In this document: one piece after another, positions 33,300 to 44,767 of the stretch
How positions within the stretch are numbered: position 1 is the stretch's first letter
How the letters are laid out: every line of letters starts with the position of its first letter
Assembly: GCA_001599295.1 (NCBI GenBank)
Contig: BCGN01000002.1
Coordinates: 1,984,001 to 2,048,000 of the forward strand
Direction of reading: 5' to 3'
DNA length: 64,000 bases
Source: Sporopachydermia quercuum
Lineage: Eukaryota
The notes under the pieces: model-generated
Database searches by the model: none
Told to the model about the DNA's origin: nothing
Seen by the model: the letters and a program-made list of their open reading frames with translations, nothing else
Program-made: the position numbers and the translations under genes

Positions 33300-34274
33300 A
33301 TGACAGAGCCAGCAATCGACTATCAGGAAAGCGATTTCTTTGGTGGAGCTGTGAAATCTGGATTGCCATCGCTATTCATAGATGCAAGTATTTTCAGAGA
33401 GATTCCTGATCACCAGGAAGTTAGAATTGTCGGTACAGAAGAATTTGATTTAAGGAGACAGTACAATGACCATTTAGAAAGTAAAGGATTGCTAGATCCA
33501 TCTGATGCATGTTTTGATGATGAAAATGTATGTGAGATTCCAATTACAACAGAAAAAATCAAGAGCAAAAATAGCGGCAAACCAAATATGTCTTACGTTA
33601 TAAGTCGTGATGATTCAGTTGTGATTGAAATAATGGAAAAGGTACCTGATACTACTGCATCTGAATGTCTAGCTGTTCATTTTGAAGAATTGGCTAATAT
33701 TAATGATGCATCAGGCCATTGGAGAATCGTACAAGCCACACCACTGAATACACCTTTGATACCAAAGGCCAAAGATGTTGAAGCACATATTGCTCTAGGG
33801 TATGAACCAAGCAAAAAATGGGGTAAACCTGATATACTCATCGACAATGTAGGTGATGAGATTGATGAAGTTAGCCTTGATGATGGAGCTGATGATATAC
33901 CAGTAAGTCCAGACAATGAGAGAAACAGACGTTCTAGCTCGTTTCCGGCACAGGAAACCAAAGTTTTAACTCCGACTTTGGCAATTGTATTAGCCGTTAT
34001 CAGAATAGAAGCAGTAAATGCTGATATTCTACTATCCTATAACGTACCGTTCAATAAGGCGTCTGATTTATTAATACTCCATGACTTAATCGCTAAGAGA
34101 TTGTCAAGGTCAGTACAAGAAGAGTTTTTCAGTGTAAACTTTGGTGATACTTCCTACGTTACAAATCTAGTTGAAAGAAGAATATATACAGCAAAGAAGG
34201 TAATTCAAGCGGCAGTCCACAATCTTCAAATTATGGACTGGTCCTTATTTCCCGAATCAAAGGACTTGTTTTAA
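33300..34274 (+). CDS. MOG1: Ran/Gsp1 nucleotide-release factor Mog1 with insertions, 324 aa from the first ATG
   Basis: FGGA...LP..FIDAS..REIPD.QEV, DDS..IEI.E, HF.E.A..N, KWGK, IR...VNADI and terminal I.DWSLF motifs. The track's 33192 start is a TTG. Confidence 0.85.
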   Translation: MTEPAIDYQESDFFGGAVKSGLPSLFIDASIFREIPDHQEVRIVGTEEFDLRRQYNDHLESKGLLDPSDACFDDENVCEIPITTEKIKSKNSGKPNMSYVISRDDSVVIEIMEKVPDTTASECLAVHFEELANINDASGHWRIVQATPLNTPLIPKAKDVEAHIALGYEPSKKWGKPDILIDNVGDEIDEVSLDDGADDIPVSPDNERNRRSSSFPAQETKVLTPTLAIVLAVIRIEAVNADILLSYNVPFNKASDLLILHDLIAKRLSRSVQEEFFSVNFGDTSYVTNLVERRIYTAKKVIQAAVHNLQIMDWSLFPESKDLF

Positions 34275-34963
34275 AACATTTTCGTTGATAAAGTGGAAGA
34301 AGTTACTAATTATTCAGTTCTGAAGTGTTCAAATTTCAGTAACCTTCTGGTTCCCCTGCATGATGTTTACAACACAATTGATACGATTTGCATTACAATA
34401 ATAATAGTTTCCTACCTCTGCACAATAACTCTTAGTGCTGTTATCAAAGTCAAATGTCATCAGTTTAATTTCTTAATGATCACAGATTTATCATTTGTTA
34501 TAATAGCTCAAAAATAATTAATTTAATGCTAAATAGTATAGTTTATGATCGATGCTTTAATAAATCTATTTAGTTACTTATAGTAAGAGATAACCCGTAG
34601 GAAATCTGGGTACAAAAACGTTGCGTATTGGAAGGATTCTGTTGATAGATNTGGATGGGATGACCTTCGGTGTTATGATCCGGTAAATTGTATCACGTGA
34701 AAGGCTGAACAATAAGTGAAAAATAAAAAAGGTGTATGCAAGCGTCTGCATGTTTCATGGACTCTATTTGATAGTGAGCTCAGTTCAATGGTTGAAACTA
34801 GTTGAATTCCTTCACCAAGACAAGACAAATGATGGAATAGTTGTAAATATAATTGTTCATTCTATAATTTCATCCAACAATTACCAGATTACGGTCTTAG
34901 CCGTATATTGATTATTCTATATATCTAACATATAATAACATCCTACCACAATCTATATATCAA

Positions 34964-36670
34964 TTAACTGGATTCAACAAAACCTGTAACTTCCTTATCA
35001 CCTGAGACACCGGAAATTTCAATCTTACCATTGACATCTAAATCAACAGTTAAAGTAATATCAGAACCCTTAGGAACATCATTCAACACCAAATCGAGAA
35101 GTTTTTGTTCGACCTTGTAAACTTTTTCTCTAACTTCTTCATCTTCGTCATCAGAATCAGAATAATCAGAGTCATCATCATCGGCTTCAACCTCTTCCTC
35201 AATCTTAGAAGACTTTTCAATGGTGGTCACCTTGATTTCGCTGCTACCTTCAGCAAACGATAACAAAACATCATCAGCTTCGGCACCAGATGCAAACTCG
35301 GCAGGAGCCTTGATTGAGAGTGTCTTTCTAGTAGGATAAGCAGTAATGGCATCCAGAATGGGCTCGAAAATACCGTTAGCATCCACTAAACCTAACGCTT
35401 TCGTTAGGTGTAGAGTATTGATAACAACAGGTTGAGTGAATTCTTTGAAGTCTTCTTCTTCTTCTAGTGACTCTAAGATAGATGCCTGTAAAGCAGCACC
35501 AATAGTAACTAATTCTGAAGGATCAAGGTAATCTGGAGTGTCAACATTGAATTTAGTTGATTCAGGGAAGAATAACTTCATAGCATCAACAAGTTTGTTA
35601 TTCTTGGAACTTCCACCAACCAGAACAACTTCATCTATATCTAAAGGATCTAAGTTAGCCTTCTTAAGTAGCTTTTCAACAAAGTGAACAAACTGACCGA
35701 ACACTGATCTTCCAACCAATTCATATCTCAATCTGTTGATAGAACTATGGAAATCATATCCAGCGGCTAAAGAATCAATTGACACAGTAGCAGATTGAAC
35801 ATTACTCAAAGTCTTCTTAACTGAATTACTTTCCAACTTCAGCTTGGCAACAGCTCTAGGATATTTTCTTGGGTCTTCCTTGAACTTCTTTTCAAATTCT
35901 TTAGAAAAGAACTCCATTAAGGCGTCGTCAAGTCTGTTTCCACCTAATTCGTAATCGTGCTCCGTAGCGAGGATAGTCATTAAGCCACCTCTTGAAGCAA
36001 TAATGGCTGCATCACTTCTAGCACCACCAAAATCAGCAACTAAGTATAACTTATCTTCTCTTAGTCGTTCTTCACTTCCATCTTCAACAGATGAAAGATG
36101 AGCTAATAATGCAGCAGTAGGTTCATTGATTAATTGCAAAACAGGAATCTCGGCCTTTTCAGCGAGTTCTATCAATTTAGCTTTCTCAACTTCAGTGAAA
36201 TCAGTTGGAACAGCAATCACACTCTTTTCGATTCCCTTTCCAACAAAATCTTCTCCGACTTGCCTTAATTGCTTCAAATGATTCAACACGATATCATCAA
36301 CACTGAGAATTTGTTCTTCGTACTCAGGTTCTCCTTCGGCATTTTCGCCAGCTCTCTTATTCTTAATCTTGTATCCAATACCTCCATCAGATAGCTTAAC
36401 AGCTTTAGCTCCTCCATCAGCTAATGTCAAGTCAACATCATCAAACTTCTTACCGATGAAATCACGGAAATTGAAAACCGTATTTTCTGCATTTCTAACA
36501 ATTTGAGCTAATGCTTGTGATCCGTGATATTCGTCTTCACCTTTGTACGATAAAGCTGAAGGAATGCTTCTTTCACCATCACCATTAGCAATCACTTCAA
36601 TCTTACCTTCAGGCTTTGCATAAGCCACTGAGGAAGTAGTGTTACCGAATGAAATCCCAAAAACAGTCAT
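34964..36670 (-). CDS. SSZ1: Ribosome-associated complex atypical Hsp70
   Basis: GISFGNTTSS, IANGDGERSIPS, ADFGG.RSD, TILAT.HDYELGG, SINRLRYEL; truncated SBD with acidic tract. Confidence 0.96.
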   Translation of the reverse strand: MTVFGISFGNTTSSVAYAKPEGKIEVIANGDGERSIPSALSYKGEDEYHGSQALAQIVRNAENTVFNFRDFIGKKFDDVDLTLADGGAKAVKLSDGGIGYKIKNKRAGENAEGEPEYEEQILSVDDIVLNHLKQLRQVGEDFVGKGIEKSVIAVPTDFTEVEKAKLIELAEKAEIPVLQLINEPTAALLAHLSSVEDGSEERLREDKLYLVADFGGARSDAAIIASRGGLMTILATEHDYELGGNRLDDALMEFFSKEFEKKFKEDPRKYPRAVAKLKLESNSVKKTLSNVQSATVSIDSLAAGYDFHSSINRLRYELVGRSVFGQFVHFVEKLLKKANLDPLDIDEVVLVGGSSKNNKLVDAMKLFFPESTKFNVDTPDYLDPSELVTIGAALQASILESLEEEEDFKEFTQPVVINTLHLTKALGLVDANGIFEPILDAITAYPTRKTLSIKAPAEFASGAEADDVLLSFAEGSSEIKVTTIEKSSKIEEEVEADDDDSDYSDSDDEDEEVREKVYKVEQKLLDLVLNDVPKGSDITLTVDLDVNGKIEISGVSGDKEVTGFVESS

Positions 36671-36828
36671 TTTGTATAAATATATATTGCTGTTTCAGTT
36701 ATTTGTGTGAATTGTACTAAATCAATATCTTTTAGAATATCTAGTTCTGATAGTACGTTCTATTGTTTGGTGATAGTTATTTCCAACTTTTGCTAATCAC
36801 ACATTTGTAAATTTCCTTTTCTTTTTGG

Positions 36829-36857
36829 GAAAATTTTTTACTGTGAGGGATCACGTG
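36829..36857. promoter_or_regulatory. RRPE-like GAAAATTTTT plus Cbf1 TCACGTG upstream of SSZ1
   Basis: Motifs 160-190 nt upstream of the SSZ1 ATG, typical of translation/Ribi genes. Confidence 0.4.
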
Positions 36858-37369
36858 GGGAATATTTTGCAATGATAATGTTATCGTAAATGAATTATTC
36901 TATTGATTACCTAATCAATAAAACATCGTACCGCTGAACACTACTATAGAACAAGAAGAATATATGGCAATAACGATGAGACAAAATGTTGTTGATATCA
37001 AGCTAGACAACAAATAACCATGATAATTTTCCAGTTATCAAAATCTCGGTAACTCAACCTAATTGTAACGACTATTGTTAAGCAAGCCTATGCTTATTAG
37101 CCCATAGAATCATCTCAGAATTAATGATCTCCGTAATACTTTTAGCTATCCTTTTCATAATCTCCGAAATAATTCTCGANGCAATTTAAACACCTCATCA
37201 CCCTTTTTCAACATGAATATGGATCTCAAGATAACAGAAGATAATTCACTGATACAAAGCCTTCCATTCCATTGATAAAGCCAATTGAACCACTAAACAT
37301 CTATTTGAAACAAATCTTCATTCGTTTCTTACATTCATACACATATAGGTTTTCTAATTCAAGGAAGCA

Positions 37370-39625
37370 ATGTCTACGCGAGGTCCTTGTCAGTATAAGA
37401 AAAAACTTGGAGAATTAAGAGTTGAACAAAATGAAGGTAGGATTCATTGGAAAGGTGAAGGAAACGGCAATGAGGTGATTGTCAATTTTGACGATATTCA
37501 AAGTATGTGGTTTGCATTAGTTAATATAAATTATCCTTTCTGTTTATTCAGCTATTGATAATAGTAAACTCTTTTATCAATCTCTTCATTCGAATGTTAC
37601 AATGCTAACTAGAAATTGGTTCTAGACCTACAAGCTACTCCAAGTTCAAGTCCTAAAATGATGTTAAGGGTTATTTGTAATGTCACTGAGGGTCAGCCAG
37701 CAGTTCAATATGTGTTTTCATTTGCATCAAGACCAGTGATGACAGAATTAAAAGATGCTATTCATGAAGAAATAGCTAGAAGGAAAACAGCTGGCAGTAC
37801 CACTAGTTCCGATGCCAGTCAATCTTCAGCCTCAGCGAAGCCAAAACCTGATGATCACTCTAGCAAATCTTTCAATAGCAATTCTACAATCACATCTTCA
37901 TCGTTAACATCAGATGTAGCAGCTACATCATCATCAGCTGACAATAAAATTACGAATGAGGACGAGAATGGACTTGAAGTATTACTTAGTGACAAATACT
38001 TGCTTCAAAGTTTAGAACTCCAAAGAAATTTACTGATCAAAGATAAAGAACTATACAAAATATTTCAAGACACAGTGATTGGCTCCAGTAATAGCTCTCC
38101 TTCAGCCACTATTACTGCAGAAGATTTCTGGTCTACAAGAGTACATTTATTACGAGCATTTGCNATGTCAAATTATCAAAAGAGAGGTAGATTCAATGTT
38201 CTTAGCACTATCAAACCAGTTGCTACTAGTGACAATCAAGTAAATGTGTCGGTTTCAAGGGAAAAGATTCATTCCATTTTCAGTTTATACCCTGTTGTTC
38301 AAACCGCTTATGATGAGAATGTACCAAAACTATCCGAGAATGAATTCTGGGCTAGATTTTTCAATTCAAAGCTTTTTCGTAAATTAAGAGGAGAGAAGAT
38401 AGCTCCGACAAGCAAAACAGACATTGTTCTTGATAAGTATTTAAATTATGACGAAAACTTTCAATATTTAGGTGCTAGATCAGGAAAAGGAGGAAAAGAT
38501 CGTGTTTATATAAAACCAACCGCTCAACACAAGGTAATTAAGATAATTGATGTTGAAGGCAACTGTGAAGACAATCCAGAAAGGCATGGCAATAGACCAG
38601 ATATAACAATGCAAGAAGGTAAGAATAAAGAAATGGTTGATGTTTTAAGAACAATGAATAAGCTTAGCGAGAAAGTAGTTTATGGCTGGGGTGAAGATGG
38701 TAAATCTGTTTCTTATGAAGTGGACAAGGATTATGACGAACAGGAAAATCTTGAGACTGAAGAGCTGATATTTTCTGACTTAGAAGATAATGATTCAACA
38801 GAATACTCGAAACTGAATATTAAACGACAAGATGATTTAGTTTATGGATTATCGCATGCCGATAATGGAGATAACGAAAGGTTGTTAAAAAGGATTAAAA
38901 TTCTGAATTTTTATGAAAGTAATTGTAATTATTTTGGTACTGAAGCCGTTATGCTAGATGATGATATGGATAATGATAAAAATGATACTGTTACNGGTAG
39001 ACCGAAGGAACTTCCCAAAGCCAAATGGCAAGCTAGAATTGATCTCCAGAATGTTTTTTCACAAGAACATAAACCGTTTATAGCAAAAGCAAGTAAGGAA
39101 ATCATGGAATCTGTAAGAGTTAGTTCAAAAGAAGCTAAGCAGTGTTGGAAAGGAAGTTTAGCAGACAATTCGACAAATAGTGCCTATGCAATTGCTAATA
39201 ATAGTAGTAGCAATGGTAGCGCTTCTGCAGAGTTCAATACTGCAATTGACGATACATCAGCCATGAAGGATATTCATTTAAATTATGATTTGTATCAACA
39301 GTTGCATATGTGCCACTCGACATCAATTGAATTTCTACGTCATTTTTGGGTGAATTTCAACTCAGGCGATTATACTCAGGTACAGACTTTGAAAAGGTTG
39401 TATGATTCTTTACATAAATGCATTGAAAGGATCGACGCAATACTGGATTCAATACCCAGTGATGAGATCATAAATGCAGCAGCTCATAGGAGGCATAATC
39501 ATCCACCAATTGCACTGAGGTCAATTGCCAGTGGTACAATGCAACCATTGATTGAATCATTGAATAGTGCCATAGGAGTTTATGATGATGCTGTAGCATC
39601 TGCTTCTACTGTTGAATGTGAATAG
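37370..39625 (+). CDS. TFB1: TFIIH subunit Tfb1/p62, 710 aa; exons 37370-37502 and 37626-39625
   Basis: PH-like N-terminus joined across a GTATGT...TGCTAAC...TAG intron (DIQ-N-LQATP.SS.KMML); BSD domains (FWSTR..LLRAF; E.EFWARFF.SKLFRKLRGE); EFLRHFW. Confidence 0.95.
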
Positions 39626-40041
39626 GGGAGGAGAATTAAATTTAGTATGTATATAGTATGATAGTATAATGAAAGGGAATAAAAATAAATGGATCAAATA
39701 AATGGATCATAGATAAATCGTATACGAGTGGTACAACCGTAGGACCAACTGAAGAGTGATGAGCTGATATGTTTATTAGTCGTACGTGTATTAACTCTTT
39801 TTAATCATAGGTGTATTTACTTAATATCTAGAAATTATATCCACGCATAATGAGACTATCGAAACCATATGATTTTACTTCAATGTTCAATGATAGCACC
39901 CATAAGAACATAATTAGGTATATAAATAAGATGAGACATAAGATATATCATAGCTAATATACTCTTTCTCATGTAGTGTTGAGAGTAATGTTTACACATC
40001 ATGATCCATCATGCTATATATCAACTTCCTTTCTCTCTTTT

Positions 40042-42477
40042 TCAACTAATCTTATTAATCACTTTGAATTTATCCCACGCATTATTCAAAGTAACAAATA
40101 CAGCTTGACAGATCATCTTATCCTCTGTTGTTCTTATCAAATTAGATATTTTATCAGGATGAGTCTTGCTAATAGCTTTCATATAGTTAATCTTTACTTT
40201 CTTATCCAATATCAAGTCTGATATGGAGATCTCTTTCCAATTTAAACATTCAGGTAAAACATTCTGTAGTGTAGATAGTAACGCCCTTAGATTATCTTCT
40301 TTGCCGTATTTCCATTTATTAATTCTCTCTTCAACTTGATCATAAAGACCGAATTTCTCATTATCAAGCTCTTCGGCTTCCTTCGCTGCATTACGAATCT
40401 TAGAAACAGCTGAGGAATTATCAACTGATGTTTGAGTGGTCGGTCTAGATGGCTGCTTGCTGTTTCTACTAGTGTTAATTCGTTGTGCTGTGCGTTGTTT
40501 TGACTGTTGATTAGTAACATTCAAAGCAGAGCCATCGCTTTTTCTCTCTGATTTCAAAGCTGCTAAACAACGATTCTTACCGTCAATGACAGTTTTAGAA
40601 GCTCCTCCNTTATGTAGGAGTAGATTATACTCATCTAGAGCTTCTGAAAACTTATCAAGAAATTCTAAACTCTCAGCTTTCCTTTGCATTAATTTTANCC
40701 AAAAGCTTTTGAACGATTTGTCACGTTCTAGTAGTTGGTCCATAGAGCCATTACTTGTTAAAGTGAGTGAAATAACATTTAAGCCTGTTTCAGCGTCTGT
40801 TAANCTTGACTTATAGTCTCCTAGTTTGCTATGACAAAGTGACCGGTTTGACAATACAACAATGGTTAAAGGATGATTCGAAGGTAACAGATTTAAGCAA
40901 GTAGTGAAGTGAATCAATGCTTCAGGGAAATCTCCTGAAACAAATGCCTCGCGACCAGTAGCCCTTTCCAAAGTGAATTCTGATTCAATAAGATTTGGTA
41001 GAGGAGGAATAACTACTGTTGAAGTCAGTTTTGAAGAAGATACTGACACTGGTTGGAAAGCAGGAGATTTTGCTGATGCTCTTGATTGAAGAGATGATGG
41101 TGCTGAAGTACTAGAATTAATAGGTGTCCTGGTTGATTGAGACGTGTTTACANGAATATCAACATCAAAACCTTCCAGTAAAGCAGGAGTAGATGCTCTT
41201 GATGACGCAACACTGCCATTGGATACTGGCGAGCTGGCTTCGTTGGCTAAACTGCTACTTGTGTCTACCAATTCGATTTTGTTGCCATTGGTTCTATGGT
41301 TCACCTGTCTATGTCTGTTTGGTCTTGTTGGTAATACATCGTCTGATTGAAACCTTCTTTCTGGTCTTTCTTGTCTCATTGTTCTTGTTTGTCTTACTGA
41401 TGGTCTGACACTATGATTAGAGAGTTCATTATCATCATCAGCTGTTCCCTCATGTCTATATTTTGCTTGATTTCTCATCCAAGCAGGTGTACCATCAGAA
41501 CTAAGAGAGGATTTCTCTTGGTATTGTTCAACTACTTTTGAAATATTCTTCTTACCTTTGCTCCAAAGAAAAGAAGCTTTTGTCATAAATTGCTCTGAGA
41601 GCTCTGAAACCTTTTTGGCAATATCTTCGGCATCTACAGGNACAGTTGGTGATTTGTTGTCAGACATCCATTTAGGAGTTGGTGATGATGAAGCTGAAGC
41701 AGATGATGGAGATTGCGGAAAATGAGATTTTTGTTCTCTAGAAGACTTTTTGGGTGAAACTTTAGATCTATTGTGAGCTTGAGTCATAATATAGTCAATA
41801 GCTTTAGCAACATCAGTGCCTGATTCAGTTNTGTCTAAAGCTTCTTCTGCTTGTTGAACCGTAAATCCCATATCAGTTAGCTCAGCTACAGCGGAAGCTC
41901 TTTTNCTTACATTCTTGTTATTTCGATTGGAATTTGCATTCCCGTTGGTTAAGTTTGGTGAGGGTTCGAGTTTTGATGGCTTCTTAGAGTTCTTTTCAGG
42001 CTCAGGTTGAGTGTTACTCTTAGGAATAATAGGTGTATTGAATACTGCAAATAACTCATCTAAATCTTGGCCACTACTGCTAGTAGTTTCTACTGTATTC
42101 TCATTGAGAGAAGAATTGGATGCTGATGAAACCTTAGACGCGCCAGGAAGTATGTCTCCTAAAGGAGATTGATTATTTCTTGCCGGAGCAATTGATGGTT
42201 GAGAGCTCAATTGAGTGAATAGATCAGGAGTTGAGATTCTAGAAGGAGCAGTTGAGTTAACAATCGAACTTGCATTTGAAGCTCTATTCGAGTTTCTATA
42301 GCTGGAATCAAGAAGATCTAATCCGCTCCATTCATCGTTTTGGGCTATATTTGATCTGCTTCCTGATAGTTTCTGCTGTTCTGCTAATGAAAGGGTGGAT
42401 CTCGAAGAGGCTCTACTGGAAGATCTTCCTGTCAGCTCCAGTAAATCTGCAAATGCATCTTTATTATTCTTTGTCAT
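40042..42477 (-). CDS. SWA2: Auxilin-like clathrin-uncoating co-chaperone (UBA, TPR and J domains)
   Basis: DAFADL clathrin-box-like start, UBA (L.DMGF...A..AL), SDG.PAWM, TPRs, W..GKEDNLRALL and HPDK J-domain. Confidence 0.93.
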   Translation of the reverse strand: MTKNNKDAFADLLELTGRSSSRASSRSTLSLAEQQKLSGSRSNIAQNDEWSGLDLLDSSYRNSNRASNASSIVNSTAPSRISTPDLFTQLSSQPSIAPARNNQSPLGDILPGASKVSSASNSSLNENTVETTSSSGQDLDELFAVFNTPIIPKSNTQPEPEKNSKKPSKLEPSPNLTNGNANSNRNNKNVXKRASAVAELTDMGFTVQQAEEALDXTESGTDVAKAIDYIMTQAHNRSKVSPKKSSREQKSHFPQSPSSASASSSPTPKWMSDNKSPTXPVDAEDIAKKVSELSEQFMTKASFLWSKGKKNISKVVEQYQEKSSLSSDGTPAWMRNQAKYRHEGTADDDNELSNHSVRPSVRQTRTMRQERPERRFQSDDVLPTRPNRHRQVNHRTNGNKIELVDTSSSLANEASSPVSNGSVASSRASTPALLEGFDVDIXVNTSQSTRTPINSSTSAPSSLQSRASAKSPAFQPVSVSSSKLTSTVVIPPLPNLIESEFTLERATGREAFVSGDFPEALIHFTTCLNLLPSNHPLTIVVLSNRSLCHSKLGDYKSXLTDAETGLNVISLTLTSNGSMDQLLERDKSFKSFWXKLMQRKAESLEFLDKFSEALDEYNLLLHXGGASKTVIDGKNRCLAALKSERKSDGSALNVTNQQSKQRTAQRINTSRNSKQPSRPTTQTSVDNSSAVSKIRNAAKEAEELDNEKFGLYDQVEERINKWKYGKEDNLRALLSTLQNVLPECLNWKEISISDLILDKKVKINYMKAISKTHPDKISNLIRTTEDKMICQAVFVTLNNAWDKFKVINKIS

Positions 42478-43061
42478 TTTTGCTCAAAAAGCTCATTGAC
42501 TTGATTTTTCGTCGTTTTTGCTTGTTTATTCGATATAATTTCTCAAATATATGGTGTATAAGTTGATTTCTGTTTGATTCTTGTTCAAACTGTGCTTTGA
42601 TTTACGGAACAGTAATAATGAAGCAAACCACTCTTCTCCTCATTTGTATTGTCGACTCTCTCAGTAAGATGCCTCATATATGAGAAAATCATGCATAATA
42701 TTAATAATTATAATAACTGGTGTTGTTTTTTCATTGATTTGAAGGAAACTTTGCATGTTCTATAGTACAACGGGTACTTTAAACAAACACTCTATAAAAC
42801 CAGATGCTTGCTATTTCTTGATTNATGTTTGAAACACCAATAACTCTCCATCTATCTTCTACAAGTCAACACCTACTAATCAATATATTTTCACCATCAT
42901 CATCAGAAATTCATTGTACTGTATATGTGTGTCATACGTCTGGTGGTTGCTTTGCTTAACATTGACCGATTTGTTTTGAGTTTTACGTCTCCTCCTACAC
43001 AAGATAAAATTTATAGCCTATCCTATACATGAGTTGAGATTCGATGTTAATATAACTATTG

Positions 43062-43204
43062 CCGGGTAATATTTGAAAAATACAAGTTGAGACTTGATGG
43101 TTTGTACCTGGTAAGATAGTACAACAAATTTTTTCTTTGGTAGGTGAAGTAAGAATGATAGAGATTGATGGATCGATTTGACATACAAAGTAATATAAGA
43201 TGAG
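43062..43204 (+). promoter_or_regulatory. Ribi-type NOP10 promoter: Reb1 site CCGGGTAA (43062-43069), RRPE-like A/T tracts, PAC core GATGAG (43199-43204)
   Basis: Motifs occur in the canonical order upstream of a ribosome-biogenesis gene. Confidence 0.55.
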
Positions 43205-43299
43205 CCTATAGTTTTGATTATTTCTGAACAGAAGGAAGATATTGATTAATAGAGATCTTATCTTTTATATATATTAGAATATTTTAATCTTTTGTCAAG

Positions 43300-43604
43300 A
43301 TGCATTTGATGTACACCGTTGGACCTGATGGAAAAAGAATCTATACTCTCAAGAAGGAGACAGAGAGTGGAGAAATAACAAAGAGCGCTCATCCAGCTAG
43401 ATTTTCCCCAGATGATAAATACTCCAGACAAAGAGTGACGCTGAAGAAGAGACACAATATGCTTTTGACCCAACAAGGTAAGTAAGGTTGCGATGTGTAG
43501 AGAAAATTGAAAAGTCCTTGAATTGGAGGTAGGACAATAGGAGGTAAGAGAATGATGCTTAAGAATGGATTCTAACTAGTAATTTAGTTGCCCCTCATGT
43601 GTAA
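43300..43604 (+). CDS. NOP10: H/ACA snoRNP subunit Nop10; spliced form 64 aa (exons 43300-43477 and 43588-43604), unspliced form ends at 43485
   Basis: MHLMYT...RIYTLKK...[31 protein letters not shown] at 43478, TTCTAAC at 43570, TTTAG ending 43587. Confidence 0.95.
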
Positions 43605-44327
43605 CCTGTTTAATTGGAATATTATGAAGATAATATTGGGAAAATAGGTATGAGAAAAAGAGATTTAGATCTGTTTGTTGGATCAGGTGTCTGTGGATGG
43701 TGGAATGTGTAATCAGATGTAGTGATAAGCTGAGATGGAGTTGAAAGAGTATTGACATGATGTATTGGAATATCAGCGGAATTCTTTGACGACAAATGTG
43801 ATTACAACTCATGCTCAAATTACACTGGAGTTTATGTTTGATTTGAAATGTTTCGTGATTTCATTAGGGTCGTATATACTGAGAGTGAGTAATTAATTAT
43901 TACAAGCTATATATCCACTCGTTCGGCGGAATTTCACTTTTTTGAATCGATACGAGATCTGATAGCATGTGGATTATATAAGGTGGTCGTTTTGCCGCAT
44001 ACTGTTATGTATTAATGCAATGTACAAGATGAAGCTCTGGGATTTGACGTAGACAATACGGTTCTTGGGATCATCCCACTATTTTGCACAACAATCTCCT
44101 TAGGGTCTTCAATATCCAGTTTACGCCAGATAAAACTTCAAAATGTGAACAAGTTTAATCAAATGAATTCATACAATAATATGAAAGAACAGTTCTCAAC
44201 CGACCAGTACCTTAAACTATTATATACTCAATGTTGCAAGACAGTCTTTCTCTCAAAATCATCGTGTCACAAATTATAGATTTTCCAGTTATTCCATCCA
44301 TTATACACTTAATTTCCCCGATGGCAA

Positions 44328-44767
44328 TTATAATGGCTCTTTCATATTTCCTGTGGCTTCTAGATTATATTGAACATTCTTTTGATAAGTTTCCCACATC
44401 TGTGATGTTATCTCCAAATCTATATTATCCTTGTTTATTTCCTACAATTTGAAAATATTAGTTAATTGTTTCGAAATTCATCATCAGATTTGATCACATG
44501 TTGTAATTAAGTTGAAATGACACTAGGTAGCAATTGTTCAATCCTCAGGCTGACGATATACATACCTCCAGTGATCTGTTGATAATGAGTATCGATTCGT
44601 TTAATCGTTCCTAAATCTGTTAAAAATTTGATCAGCAAAAAGTGATAGAGCAACACGTCACGTCATTTATTCTCAGTTTGTCTCTTTCTTTTGAGAGTGT
44701 AACATACTACATTGTTTATTATTCTTGCTAGGATTGCATTCTGTACTTGTTCGTGGGGATTCTCCAT
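44328..44767 (-). CDS. DAD4: DASH/Dam1 complex subunit Dad4, 72 aa; exons 44767-44708, 44610-44566, 44441-44328
   Basis: MENPHEQVQNAILARIINNV|ERLNESILIINRSLE|EINKDNIDLEITSQMWETYQKNVQYNLEATGNMKEPL*; both donors GTATGT. Confidence 0.96.

Noticed and set aside
43441..43443. Alternative yeast CUG code (Ser or Ala)
   Set aside because: CTG occupies conserved Leu positions (Nop10 RVT-L-KKR; Yos1 I-LL-IN), supporting the standard code.
43865..44100. TTAGGG and TATATAA followed by H-box/ACA-like motifs between NOP10 and DAD4
   Set aside because: Could not build two proper H/ACA hairpins with pseudouridylation pockets; would need snoGPS or Infernal.
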